A stretch of 38,316 nt of DNA from a virus (taxonomy: Duplodnaviria; Caudoviricetes), in the IMG/VR virus record IMGVR_UViG_3300031949_000101, positions 1 through 38,316 of that record. One strand, 5' to 3'. The notes below the pieces were generated by a model. It was given only the letters and a program-made list of their open reading frames with translations, did not search any database and was not told the DNA's origin. This document shows, piece after piece, positions 16,362 to 24,313 of this stretch. The stretch's first letter is position 1. Every line of letters begins with the position of its first letter. The position numbers and the translations under genes were made by a program.

Positions 16362-16829
16362 ATGCACGAAGAGCTTATCGCATTGTTCCCGGACTTGCTC
16401 GCCCGCCACGTCCGTCGGCTGGCTATCAAGGGCGACACGGCGCGGGGGCAATGCCCCATGCACGAGGGGAAGAATGCCTACTCATTCAGCGCCAATCTTT
16501 CCCGGGGCGTCTGGTCCTGCCATAGCTGCGGCAAAGAGGGGGGCGTTGTCGCCTTCGCCCGTGGCGTCGGGGAAGCATTACCGGGAAACCGCTCACCATC
16601 GTCGCCATTACTCACAGTGAGTGAGTCGCTACAGCGCACGGCTAGTGCGGGCTACGGAGCTTGGAAGCTAGAGAAATACCTTGATATCGTACAGCGGCTA
16701 GGGGAGAGCAAGGACTTTAACGAGAAGACGCGACTGATTGACCTGCTCGATCGCTACAGTCTCAACCCGCTCACGGACGAGACGGAGGCGAAGGCTGAGT
16801 ATTGCAATAGTATCCCTATCCATATATAG
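16362..16829 (+). CDS. CHC2 primase-type Zn-finger protein lacking a catalytic primase domain
   Basis: GQCPMHEG..YSFSAN...GVWSCHSCGKEGGVV; strong RBS before ATG 16362. Confidence 0.85.
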   Translation: MHEELIALFPDLLARHVRRLAIKGDTARGQCPMHEGKNAYSFSANLSRGVWSCHSCGKEGGVVAFARGVGEALPGNRSPSSPLLTVSESLQRTASAGYGAWKLEKYLDIVQRLGESKDFNEKTRLIDLLDRYSLNPLTDETEAKAEYCNSIPIHI

Positions 16830-16836
16830 TGATCCC

Positions 16837-17049
16837 ATGCAAAACCCTCTCTCACTGGCCGAAGCCAGAGCAAAATACCCGACTCTCTCGCTTTCGTGGC
16901 TGCGCATACTCTGCCAGCAGCGCCGGATAGTGGCGGAAAAACGGGCCCCACGTCTGTGGGAGTTGGACGAAGAATCACTAAAAAACTACCTCGCGAACCG
17001 ACCGAAGCCGGGCCCCCGGCCGCAAGTGGCCGGAAACACTAGCGAATAA
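16837..17049 (+). CDS. Excisionase-like HTH protein
   Basis: LSLAEA......SLSWLRILCQQRRIVAEK....WEL...SL..Y....PKPGP. Confidence 0.75.
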   Translation: MQNPLSLAEARAKYPTLSLSWLRILCQQRRIVAEKRAPRLWELDEESLKNYLANRPKPGPRPQVAGNTSE

Positions 17050-17066
17050 TATATTTATAAATGCTA

Positions 17067-17095
17067 TTGACAGAGACAGTAATTATGTGTATATT
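17067..17095 (+). promoter_or_regulatory. Strong sigma70-type early promoter
   Basis: TTGACA-17 nt-TATATT with TGn extension, AT-rich UP element, AGGAGG RBS downstream. Confidence 0.85.
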
Positions 17096-17114
17096 GAGGT
17101 CAGGAGGAACGACC

Positions 17115-17369
17115 ATGATGAATATAACCATACTCACTGAGAGAACACGGAAGCTGCAAGTCCGGGCCATACAAGAGGTCCGAGATGGATTGCTCACCGC
17201 TGATGGAGCTGCAGCAAGTTTGGCAGACGGAATGTTTATCTTGCAAGAAGAAGACCGCCCGGGAGCAGCATGCAATCGAGAGGTGCTACTGCGCTCCTGC
17301 CGCTTGATCATTGATCAGGCTCTCCCCAATTATCAAGGGCTAAGTCTCGATAGGCATTTCCGCAACTAA
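17115..17369 (+). CDS. Early hypothetical protein
   Basis: AGGAGG RBS at 17102; first gene after the promoter. Confidence 0.7.
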   Translation: MMNITILTERTRKLQVRAIQEVRDGLLTADGAAASLADGMFILQEEDRPGAACNREVLLRSCRLIIDQALPNYQGLSLDRHFRN

Positions 17370-17384
17370 AAGAAGGGGAAGACC

Positions 17385-17636
17385 ATGTCAACAATAATCT
17401 ATCGCAATGGGATAAGAATCCCAGCAATCGAAGCCTGCATAGCCGCAGGGCACGAGATACTCTCGGTTCACAAAAAACATCCGGCGTGCGCATACGAAAC
17501 GGAGGCAAGGAACTTGTCTTCCGATACAGTAGGGAAAGCACACTGCTCGCGGCGAGATACACTGCACTGCTCGCAGTGCGACCCCACTGCGGTTGAAATT
17601 GCCGTGCCGCGCAATTTCCTCGCCGCCGCGCTCTAA
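17385..17636 (+). CDS. Early hypothetical Cys/His-rich protein
   Basis: RBS present; C...GH, HC, CSQC. Confidence 0.65.
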   Translation: MSTIIYRNGIRIPAIEACIAAGHEILSVHKKHPACAYETEARNLSSDTVGKAHCSRRDTLHCSQCDPTAVEIAVPRNFLAAAL

Positions 17637-17662
17637 AGGGAAAAATCGAGGAGGAAACAAAC

Positions 17663-17932
17663 GTGAAAATCTCAATCGACGGCCACCATTTCAACACGGA
17701 AAAAGCCACGTCCCACTGGAGGCTTGATAGGTTTGACGGTAGCAACAGACATATGGGCAGTGTCTACCTCTCGTCGACTGGCGTGTTCTACATCTGGACA
17801 CCTAGTCAATGGGCGAATCGGCACAGCTGGGTAATTATGTCGGCTTCGGATATCCTCTGCGAATACGACCAATATCTAGGGGACGACGAAAAGGCGGAGA
17901 TTGCGGAGGCGGGAAAGGTCGAATGGGAGTAG
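17663..17932 (+). CDS. Early hypothetical protein
   Basis: GAGGAGG RBS; KISIDG..FNTEKA...VYLS.TG.FY pattern seen in small phage early proteins. Confidence 0.75.
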   Translation: MKISIDGHHFNTEKATSHWRLDRFDGSNRHMGSVYLSSTGVFYIWTPSQWANRHSWVIMSASDILCEYDQYLGDDEKAEIAEAGKVEWE

Positions 17933-17945
17933 TCTCTCTCTAGTC

Positions 17946-17978
17946 TCCCCTTCCAGCCCTTCGCAGGGGGCTGGGGGA
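17946..17978 (+). terminator. GC-rich intergenic hairpin (terminator or processing site)
   Basis: CCAGCCCT-TCGC-AGGGGGCTGG; no U-tract. Confidence 0.4.
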
Positions 17979-18000
17979 TGGAAATTAGTAAGGAGGAACG

Positions 18001-18216
18001 ATGATGACGATCCAACGTAGGGCAATAATAATGCTCGGAAATTATCCTGAACGGACCTGTAGTGGGTGCGGCTCTCCGATAGGGCAGCACCCTTGGGGAG
18101 ACTACAGATATTTCGTCAGTCTCAGGACTGACGAGGAAGTTCTCAAAGGAGTTCCACGGGACCTTTTTGGCTCCGAGGATTGTGTTCGGAGCGCGGGAAT
18201 TAGTCAGATCGATTAG
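18001..18216 (+). CDS. Early small Cys-containing protein
   Basis: AAGGAGG RBS; CSGC...S.DC. Confidence 0.65.
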   Translation: MMTIQRRAIIMLGNYPERTCSGCGSPIGQHPWGDYRYFVSLRTDEEVLKGVPRDLFGSEDCVRSAGISQID

Positions 18217-18261
18217 CCCCCCTCGTGAGGGAGGGGGGACCAACCAAAAGAAGGAACGATC

Positions 18262-18423
18262 ATGGACCACACACTGATAACCAAGATAGCTGCCTGCATG
18301 CTGGATTACGCGCCGGAATACTGGGCGGTCACCGTAAGCCAGGATGAAGACGGGCTGCACCTACAGCCCTGCAATCTGTGGATACCGTCTAATGGGCGTG
18401 ATACCCAACAACAGCCCGAATAA
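18262..18423 (+). CDS. 53-aa hypothetical protein (not in ORF track)
   Basis: AAGGA RBS; MDHTLITKIAACMLDYAPEYWAV...QPE. Confidence 0.5.
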   Translation: MDHTLITKIAACMLDYAPEYWAVTVSQDEDGLHLQPCNLWIPSNGRDTQQQPE

Positions 18424-18702
18424 AAGCAACAAGATATGACAACACGCAACCAGAAGCTCTGGCGGAAAGCCTATCCTGTCCCGATTATTGCGCATAATGA
18501 CGAGACAGACCGCTACCACTGTGAAACGCCTGGTGCCGCCGAATGGCGTGCGCAACCAAATCTCCTGAATTTCCAGTGTTTTGGCTGCGAGGCTCATTGC
18601 GGTCATGCGGCGCCTGGTCCTGATGCTAATTTCCGCTTCTCCATCCCGCTCCCACCGCCGCCCGGGCTCAGCCGAGAGCCGGGCGACGGCAGGAGGAAAA
18701 CG

Positions 18703-19056
18703 ATGAAAGACCTCACGTGTAAGCGGTGTGGCGTACAGACAAGCGAAATTAAAATGCAAGACATCGACTCGACGGGGTGGCAAGAAGTAGGGTGGAGTTA
18801 CGGAGCAGGCTGGCGGGGAATATGCCCCCTGCATCCCGAGGATGCAGGCGAGGCTTACGATCTAGAGACGTGCGAGAGGTTCGAGCGGCTCTCCCACGAT
18901 CTCTTCCACGCCGATCGGATCGCGTGGGGGGCGAGACAGCGGGCGATTCAGGCAGTGGTGGTATGTGAGTCCGCGACCCAAAGTGGCCCCGGGGCGACGT
19001 ATGGCCAGTTTCTGCCCGGCGAACTGGCCGAGCCTGAAGACTACGAGGCGCTCTAG
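18703..19056 (+). CDS. Early hypothetical protein with a CxxC...CxxH Zn site
   Basis: AGGAGG RBS before ATG 18703 (the frame is also open upstream to 18436). Confidence 0.65.
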   Translation: MKDLTCKRCGVQTSEIKMQDIDSTGWQEVGWSYGAGWRGICPLHPEDAGEAYDLETCERFERLSHDLFHADRIAWGARQRAIQAVVVCESATQSGPGATYGQFLPGELAEPEDYEAL

Positions 19057-19078
19057 CGCAAGGGGAGGAGGAAAGAAT

Positions 19079-19357
19079 ATGATTCGTGACCCTATTATCC
19101 GCATAGAAATAGAAAACGAACTAGAACGGCTCCGCCAGCTACAGAATGGTCTTCGTTGCGGAGACGCGGGACTCTCCGCTGAGTGGATAACGCAAGCAAT
19201 TCGAGAGCGGGAGGCGCTATTGCAGGAGGACGGTCATGTTGGCACTAGGCATTGTCCTGATGATTATTGGATTACTCCATATGGCGATAGCGGCAGCGCA
19301 GGGGAGGGAAGAAGCAGCGGAGCGGAGACGCCGCTACCACCTAAAAGGAGAAATTGA
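19079..19357 (+). CDS. Early hypothetical protein
   Basis: GGAGGAGG RBS; coiled-coil N-terminus. Confidence 0.6.
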   Translation: MIRDPIIRIEIENELERLRQLQNGLRCGDAGLSAEWITQAIREREALLQEDGHVGTRHCPDDYWITPYGDSGSAGEGRSSGAETPLPPKRRN

Positions 19358-19367
19358 GGAATCGTAA
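19236..19367 (+). CDS. 43-aa single-pass membrane microprotein (not in ORF track)
   Basis: AGGAGG RBS; MLALGIVLMIIGLLHMAIAAAQGREEAAERRRRYHLKGEIEES. Confidence 0.55.
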   Translation: MLALGIVLMIIGLLHMAIAAAQGREEAAERRRRYHLKGEIEES

Positions 19368-19443
19368 AAATCCCACTGGAGCGCAATCGCCTTGGCCGCC
19401 CTCTTGAAGTTGCTGGGGCAGTTGAAAAGGAAAGAAAAAAAAG

Positions 19444-19725
19444 ATGAATTACGCATTTGCTGATGACGGTACAGAAAAGATGTATGCCGACCTGAGGGGT
19501 CGCTACGCCGAGACAACGGAGCACGTCCCTTGCGACCACACGGCATGTCCGCATTATGCGGGTATGATGGTCGCTACAGTAGCGATCGAGGCAAAGACGG
19601 CAACGGTCTTCCGTAAGGCGCGCGAGGCTTCGCGCTGGAAGATCCTGTACTCCTCCTCAACGCGGTCGATGGCTTGTGCGGACTGCTCGGAGTTTCGTCG
19701 GCCTGATCTGAGCGGTACCGCCTAA
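19444..19725 (+). CDS. Small Zn-binding protein; paralog of 11057-11335
   Basis: PCDHTAC...ACADCSEFRRP. Confidence 0.85.
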   Translation: MNYAFADDGTEKMYADLRGRYAETTEHVPCDHTACPHYAGMMVATVAIEAKTATVFRKAREASRWKILYSSSTRSMACADCSEFRRPDLSGTA

Positions 19726-19737
19726 AGGGAGAAATTT

Positions 19738-20547
19738 ATGGACCAGACGGACGCGAAGCGTAAACCCGCCGAACGAGCTAACCCACCAGTCGAGCTTGAC
19801 GACTGGGGGGGTGATCCTGGTGGAATGAACGGTAAAACCCTGGGTGACCTTGCGATTCGTTCCAAACCCGATCCTGTTATTAGTCAAGAAGAGGTAGACG
19901 GAGCAATCAGCTACGTCCTCCCTGCCGTTCAACCCCCGGCCCAGACCGTGGGACAATATGGAGCCCTTGGCCTGACGATCCAGGAGAAGAACGCGCTCAA
20001 CGCGCCGGTTGACGCCGATGCTGTCGAGATTCGACCGGACGGTATCGTATACACGTCCTGGTCAGCGGTCGCTGACCGGCTGGACGATGCAGTTGGGGTG
20101 GGCGAGTGGGCCCTAGTACCCGAGGGCAAGCCGCTGATCCAGGACGGGTACTGCTGTTGGCAATTCCATCTTTTTGTGCACGGCCACTGGGTGACCACCA
20201 GCATTGGCGAGCATCCGGAAATGAAATTTAGCAAAATGAGCCTCGCGAACCGGGCGGAGTCGGCCAAAAGCGACGCCCTGGTGAAGTGCTCAAAAGCGCT
20301 GGGGATTTTCCGGGAGCTGTGGGATCCTGGCTGGCGCACGAAGTGGCAGCTAGAGAACTGTGAGCGGGTGTGGGCACTGCAGACTGAGCGGTCGACGACG
20401 GGCGCGTGGCTCTGGAGGCGGAAGGATCGCCGTCCCTTCTTTAAGGAGAGGCCAGCAAAGGACGATCTGAAAACTGAGTACCACAAAACGAGGGATTACG
20501 AAGATGACGCAAGAGAGCATGTCGACAGTATCCAGCGAGAGAATTAG
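19738..20547 (+). CDS. Rad52-family (Mgm101/Sak-like) single-strand annealing protein
   Basis: VEIRPDGIVY......RLD.AVG.G.WALVP and AESAKSDALVKC.K.LGI..ELWDP. Confidence 0.85.
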   Translation: MDQTDAKRKPAERANPPVELDDWGGDPGGMNGKTLGDLAIRSKPDPVISQEEVDGAISYVLPAVQPPAQTVGQYGALGLTIQEKNALNAPVDADAVEIRPDGIVYTSWSAVADRLDDAVGVGEWALVPEGKPLIQDGYCCWQFHLFVHGHWVTTSIGEHPEMKFSKMSLANRAESAKSDALVKCSKALGIFRELWDPGWRTKWQLENCERVWALQTERSTTGAWLWRRKDRRPFFKERPAKDDLKTEYHKTRDYEDDAREHVDSIQREN

Positions 20548-20722
20548 GGAGGCGCTCAGGGCGGTGAGCGAGCAGCAAGGTGAGCCGCGTGAATCAATTG
20601 CGCGGATAATAAGGTTAGCGAGCATCTTACGATTCCACCCCCATCTTGGGCCACCTTGGGCGCGCAAATTCTTAGACCTGATCGCCGACATGGAATATGC
20701 ACTTGCCGATTTGGAGGATTAG
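20504..20722 (+). CDS. Hypothetical protein
   Basis: Overlaps the upstream gene; start uncertain. Confidence 0.5.
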   Translation: MTQESMSTVSSERIREALRAVSEQQGEPRESIARIIRLASILRFHPHLGPPWARKFLDLIADMEYALADLED

Positions 20723-20726
20723 ACAC

Positions 20727-20939
20727 ATGACCGTACCACAAACCGGATCACTCTTTTTGGCCCATAAGGATGGTACAATTACGTACTGGAGCTTGCGCCG
20801 TCAGGAGTGGATTAAACATGTAACGGATATTCCCCTGGACGATATCTGTTCCCTGAATAGTTATGAGCGCGATAGGCTACTCGCCTATTTTCAACACCAG
20901 CGCCAATGTGTACTGTCTAAGGAGGGAACTGAAAAATGA
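20727..20939 (+). CDS. Hypothetical protein
   Basis: GGAGG RBS; ATGA overlap with the next gene. Confidence 0.65.
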   Translation: MTVPQTGSLFLAHKDGTITYWSLRRQEWIKHVTDIPLDDICSLNSYERDRLLAYFQHQRQCVLSKEGTEK

Positions 20940-21217
20940 ATGTAAATTACCGGAAAGGGAGGCACAATGAGTACCGCACCATGCGGCTGCTCGAAGCGGC
21001 GGGGTATCTCTGCATTAGGGCTGCTGGTAGCCATAGCCCTTTTGATGTTGTGGCGATAAGTCCGACCGATGTGCTGTTGGTGCAGTGCAAAACCAACGGC
21101 AGTCTCACGCCAGCCGAGCGCGAAAGGATGGAGGACATCCGGGTGCCGGGCAACGTCCGCAAGTTCGTGCACCGCTGGGAGGATTATTCAAGACTGCCCC
21201 GGGTGGAAGAGGTCTAG
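20936..21217 (+). CDS. Hjc-type Holliday junction resolvase (PD-(D/E)XK)
   Basis: KGRHNE....LLEAAGY..IRAAGS..PFDVVAI....VLLVQCK. Confidence 0.85.
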   Translation: MNVNYRKGRHNEYRTMRLLEAAGYLCIRAAGSHSPFDVVAISPTDVLLVQCKTNGSLTPAERERMEDIRVPGNVRKFVHRWEDYSRLPRVEEV

Positions 21218-21249
21218 ATGTACACCGTCCCCGGGTGTACTAAGTGGCA

Positions 21250-21636
21250 ATGGACACTCACGAAACACTCGAAAAACAGCTTGATGATGTCCGTCGACTG
21301 GCCCATGAAACCGCGATTCGGGCCGACGAACGGTGGGCCAGCCACTTACGTGCGCTCGGCATACAGACCCTGGAGCTCGAGCGCCGCCTTGACCATTTGA
21401 ATGGTGAGGCTGCGCGGTTCCTTGCCTCCCGCGAAGAGACCGCCTCACAACTTCGCCGCGAAATAGAGCAGGGCGATAAAACCCTCATGCGAGAGCTGGT
21501 GCTCCTGCGCGAGATGTTCGCTACGCACATCTCGCGACAAGAAGGGGCCAACAAGGGGCTGCAACTCGCCTGGGGCGTCTTCCTGGCAATTCTCATGGCA
21601 ACAATATCCATCATCAGTATATGGGTAACAAAATGA
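21250..21636 (+). CDS. Coiled-coil protein with a C-terminal transmembrane helix (holin/XhlA-like architecture)
   Basis: Heptad-like region, then LAWGVFLAILMATISIISIWV. Confidence 0.6.
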   Translation: MDTHETLEKQLDDVRRLAHETAIRADERWASHLRALGIQTLELERRLDHLNGEAARFLASREETASQLRREIEQGDKTLMRELVLLREMFATHISRQEGANKGLQLAWGVFLAILMATISIISIWVTK

Positions 21637-21833
21637 GTATGGAATATATCAGAAAATTCTACTCCGTTCCTGCCAAGAGGGGCGGGAAGGTCCGTTTCTT
21701 CAACGGGAACTGGCATACCGGAACGATAAAAAGCGCCAACCACAGCTTAAAGGTTGCACCGGACGAATATCCGCGCAATCGATTGATATTTCACCCTACA
21801 GATGTTGAGTATCTCTTTCGGCATCTCGGATGA
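21633..21833 (+). CDS. Small phage hypothetical protein
   Basis: MSMEYIR..Y.VPAKRGG.V...GTI......L.V......FHPT pattern; ATGA overlap. Confidence 0.7.
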   Translation: MSMEYIRKFYSVPAKRGGKVRFFNGNWHTGTIKSANHSLKVAPDEYPRNRLIFHPTDVEYLFRHLG

Positions 21834-21841
21834 AGTCAGAC

Positions 21842-22864
21842 TTACACGGATGTAAAATTCAAGTATTTGACAATCATCACATCGGCCACAATATCGTTAG
21901 CTACCGCCGTACCGTTTGTACCAGTGACCGAGATGGTGACATCTGCCGTGAGGTCCAGTGTGGAAATGACGTTCCGGGTGGCTGTCTGGTTCACGGCACC
22001 GACTTTGCCGTCTCCCCCCGCGATGGCAGTCGTCGCGCTTCGACGGCCTACCCAGGCGTGGAAATACCACGCAAGACCATTCGGGGACGTCGTTACATCG
22101 TTACTCACCACGACGTTGTTCCCAAAGTAAACGCGCAGGGTTTTGACGTTAGCATTGCCGGCAAAGCTCCCCCAAGCGACGATTTCCAAGCATTGGCCAT
22201 TCTTTCCTAAAGTATTCGCGGGCAGGGTGTACGTTTGAAGAGTGATCTCGTTGGTGGTCGCGGTAGTGCCTATGCTGGTAAGTTTGGCGGTCAATGTGCC
22301 GTTCGGGAGCATGGTAGCGGCGCCAGTCCCCGCGTTGAGGATCGCATCAGTCACGGTCTTGTTCGTCAGCGTGTCCTCGGATGTACGGGTTACCAGCGTG
22401 TCCGTGATATCGGGCATGGTAATGGTGCGGACAGCAGTCAGGGCCGCCCTGAGCCGCAGTCTGAAGCCACCAGACTCGCTAAATCCCCACGCGCGCGCCA
22501 GAGCCGCCCCGCTTCGCCTGGTCAGCAGCCATGCCGTGCTGTCCTCGGAGCCAGCTGAAACGTCGTCAAACGTACCCTCTAACGCTATTAAGTCGCTCGG
22601 GTTCTCATCCTCCGATTCGCTCTGGAAGGTGAGCCGCGCGCCCAGGCCAGCCGCTGGCGTACCCGTGCTTGTGGCTCGCAGCGTCAGCATGTTGACGATT
22701 GAGGCAGTGGCCGCGTCTTCAGTAGAGAACAGCTTGTCACTAAACGAGTCGAGGTTCAGCTGGTTAAGCGTGACCACGCGCCCGTCGCCCAAGGTGACTT
22801 CGAAGGTCGACCGGCCAAAGCTGATATCCTCAGCTCCTAAAAGAGAAAATTGAATGGACTCCAT
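21842..22864 (-). CDS. Tail fibre/spike-like virion protein
   Basis: Thr/Ala/Gly-rich; TLVTRTSEDTLTNKT fibre motif; beta-rich C-terminal domain; last gene of the late operon. Confidence 0.65.
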   Translation of the reverse strand: MESIQFSLLGAEDISFGRSTFEVTLGDGRVVTLNQLNLDSFSDKLFSTEDAATASIVNMLTLRATSTGTPAAGLGARLTFQSESEDENPSDLIALEGTFDDVSAGSEDSTAWLLTRRSGAALARAWGFSESGGFRLRLRAALTAVRTITMPDITDTLVTRTSEDTLTNKTVTDAILNAGTGAATMLPNGTLTAKLTSIGTTATTNEITLQTYTLPANTLGKNGQCLEIVAWGSFAGNANVKTLRVYFGNNVVVSNDVTTSPNGLAWYFHAWVGRRSATTAIAGGDGKVGAVNQTATRNVISTLDLTADVTISVTGTNGTAVANDIVADVMIVKYLNFTSV

Positions 22865-24312
22865 TATTCTTCCTCTTCTTGCATGCCTTGAGTTGCCGCC
22901 ACCCTGCCAGTCTGCAGGAATGCCTTAAGTAGCGGCGCGGACACTGTGCCTTTTCCCTCCTTCACCATGTAGTGAAGGAACGCCATGCCTTTCTTCGTGG
23001 CAAGAAAGTCGGCAATCAGTTCTGGTGCAGCCATGCCTAACGCCGCGCCGCCTATTGCGCCAGCGGGGCCGCCTGCCGCATAGCCTGCCGTAGCCCCAGC
23101 GCCGGTAAAAAACATGAGTTCGCCTTTTCTGCTAAATTTCCGCACTTCTACCGCGAGTCCGCGCAGTCTCTCCTGTATTGTCTCTAGCTTTCCAGCGTCA
23201 AAGCTACCCTTAAAAAACGGATCGTCGCGGCTCATTGTATCGATGGCGTTTATCGCTTTGTCGATGTTCATCCGGTCAATGCCGCCCTCGCTTTTGGTAG
23301 CATCTTCGATAATCGAGTGTACTTCTTTGGCTCCCTGTTCCTGCCTAAATGCGCGACTCGCGGCCTTGTGGGCCGCTCCTAAACCTGACTGGTCGAAGTC
23401 TTCCCCCATAACGGCACGGTAGCGGGTAAGGTCGCTTGCTAACTTGTTGTCTCCAGCACGGCGCGCGGCCCTGATATCATCGCCGACATCACTCATGTTC
23501 CGTAGGGCATCCTCGACTGACGTGCCCCGGGCTGGCGTTCCCGGCGTCCCTGGTGTCGTGCGGGTAATAGGTCGCCCTTGTGCATCCAGCAGCCCTGTAG
23601 CGACGGTTTGTGCTGGCGTCCCAGGTTTTCCAGGAGTCTGAAAAACATCTTCCGCCCGCTGGGCGAACCGCTTCGCTTCGGGCGGCGGGTACAGTCTATG
23701 CTCCAGTTCGCGACCTACCCGCTTTGCTTCTACTAGCGTTTTGGGAAATTTCACCTCCACGCTTTGCCCCGCCGCGTCCAGCTGCTGGTAGAGGTCCTTT
23801 GATGGGATCGGGGGGTCAAGCGTCTTGGCCATATCCAGCGCTTTTTTTTCTGCTTCCCCTTTGAGGACGTTCGCGGCTCCAGGCAGTCCGTGACCGACAA
23901 ATCTACGCGCCCCCTGATATGCCGCGCGCGCCCCCTCGACAAGCGGACCAGGGACGGCGGCAAGCGCAAGGGCAGTGTTGCTGCGCGGGCTCAAGCCTGT
24001 TGCCTGGTTGACCCCTTCAGCGGCCACGTCAATGCCTGCCTTTATGAGAGTAGGGACGAGACCGACGCCAGGTATGAACCGTGACGCGGTAAGTCCGGCA
24101 GCCACGGGAATAGCTGCACTTTTTGCCATCTCCGTAATCATCCCCGGCTCTTCTGGGGGCTGTTCTCCCTTAGCGATCGCTATTCGTCTGGCAAGGTCCT
24201 GCTCTTCTCGCTCAAGCCAGCTCTGCCCTGCCGACACGTCAGGAGTAGCCAGAATCTCATAGCGGCCTTGCGGCTGCTCTTGTGGTACTGCCAAGACCTC
24301 ATAGCGCGGCAT
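22864..24312 (-). CDS. Putative ejection (internal virion) protein
   Basis: Helical, Ala/Gly-rich with glycine-zipper segments; podovirus position. Confidence 0.6.
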   Translation of the reverse strand: MPRYEVLAVPQEQPQGRYEILATPDVSAGQSWLEREEQDLARRIAIAKGEQPPEEPGMITEMAKSAAIPVAAGLTASRFIPGVGLVPTLIKAGIDVAAEGVNQATGLSPRSNTALALAAVPGPLVEGARAAYQGARRFVGHGLPGAANVLKGEAEKKALDMAKTLDPPIPSKDLYQQLDAAGQSVEVKFPKTLVEAKRVGRELEHRLYPPPEAKRFAQRAEDVFQTPGKPGTPAQTVATGLLDAQGRPITRTTPGTPGTPARGTSVEDALRNMSDVGDDIRAARRAGDNKLASDLTRYRAVMGEDFDQSGLGAAHKAASRAFRQEQGAKEVHSIIEDATKSEGGIDRMNIDKAINAIDTMSRDDPFFKGSFDAGKLETIQERLRGLAVEVRKFSRKGELMFFTGAGATAGYAAGGPAGAIGGAALGMAAPELIADFLATKKGMAFLHYMVKEGKGTVSAPLLKAFLQTGRVAATQGMQEEEE

Positions 24313-24313
24313 G

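Noticed and set aside
16837-17049. Integration/excision module implied by the Xis-like HTH
   Set aside because: No tyrosine or serine integrase found; such HTH proteins are commonly plain regulators.
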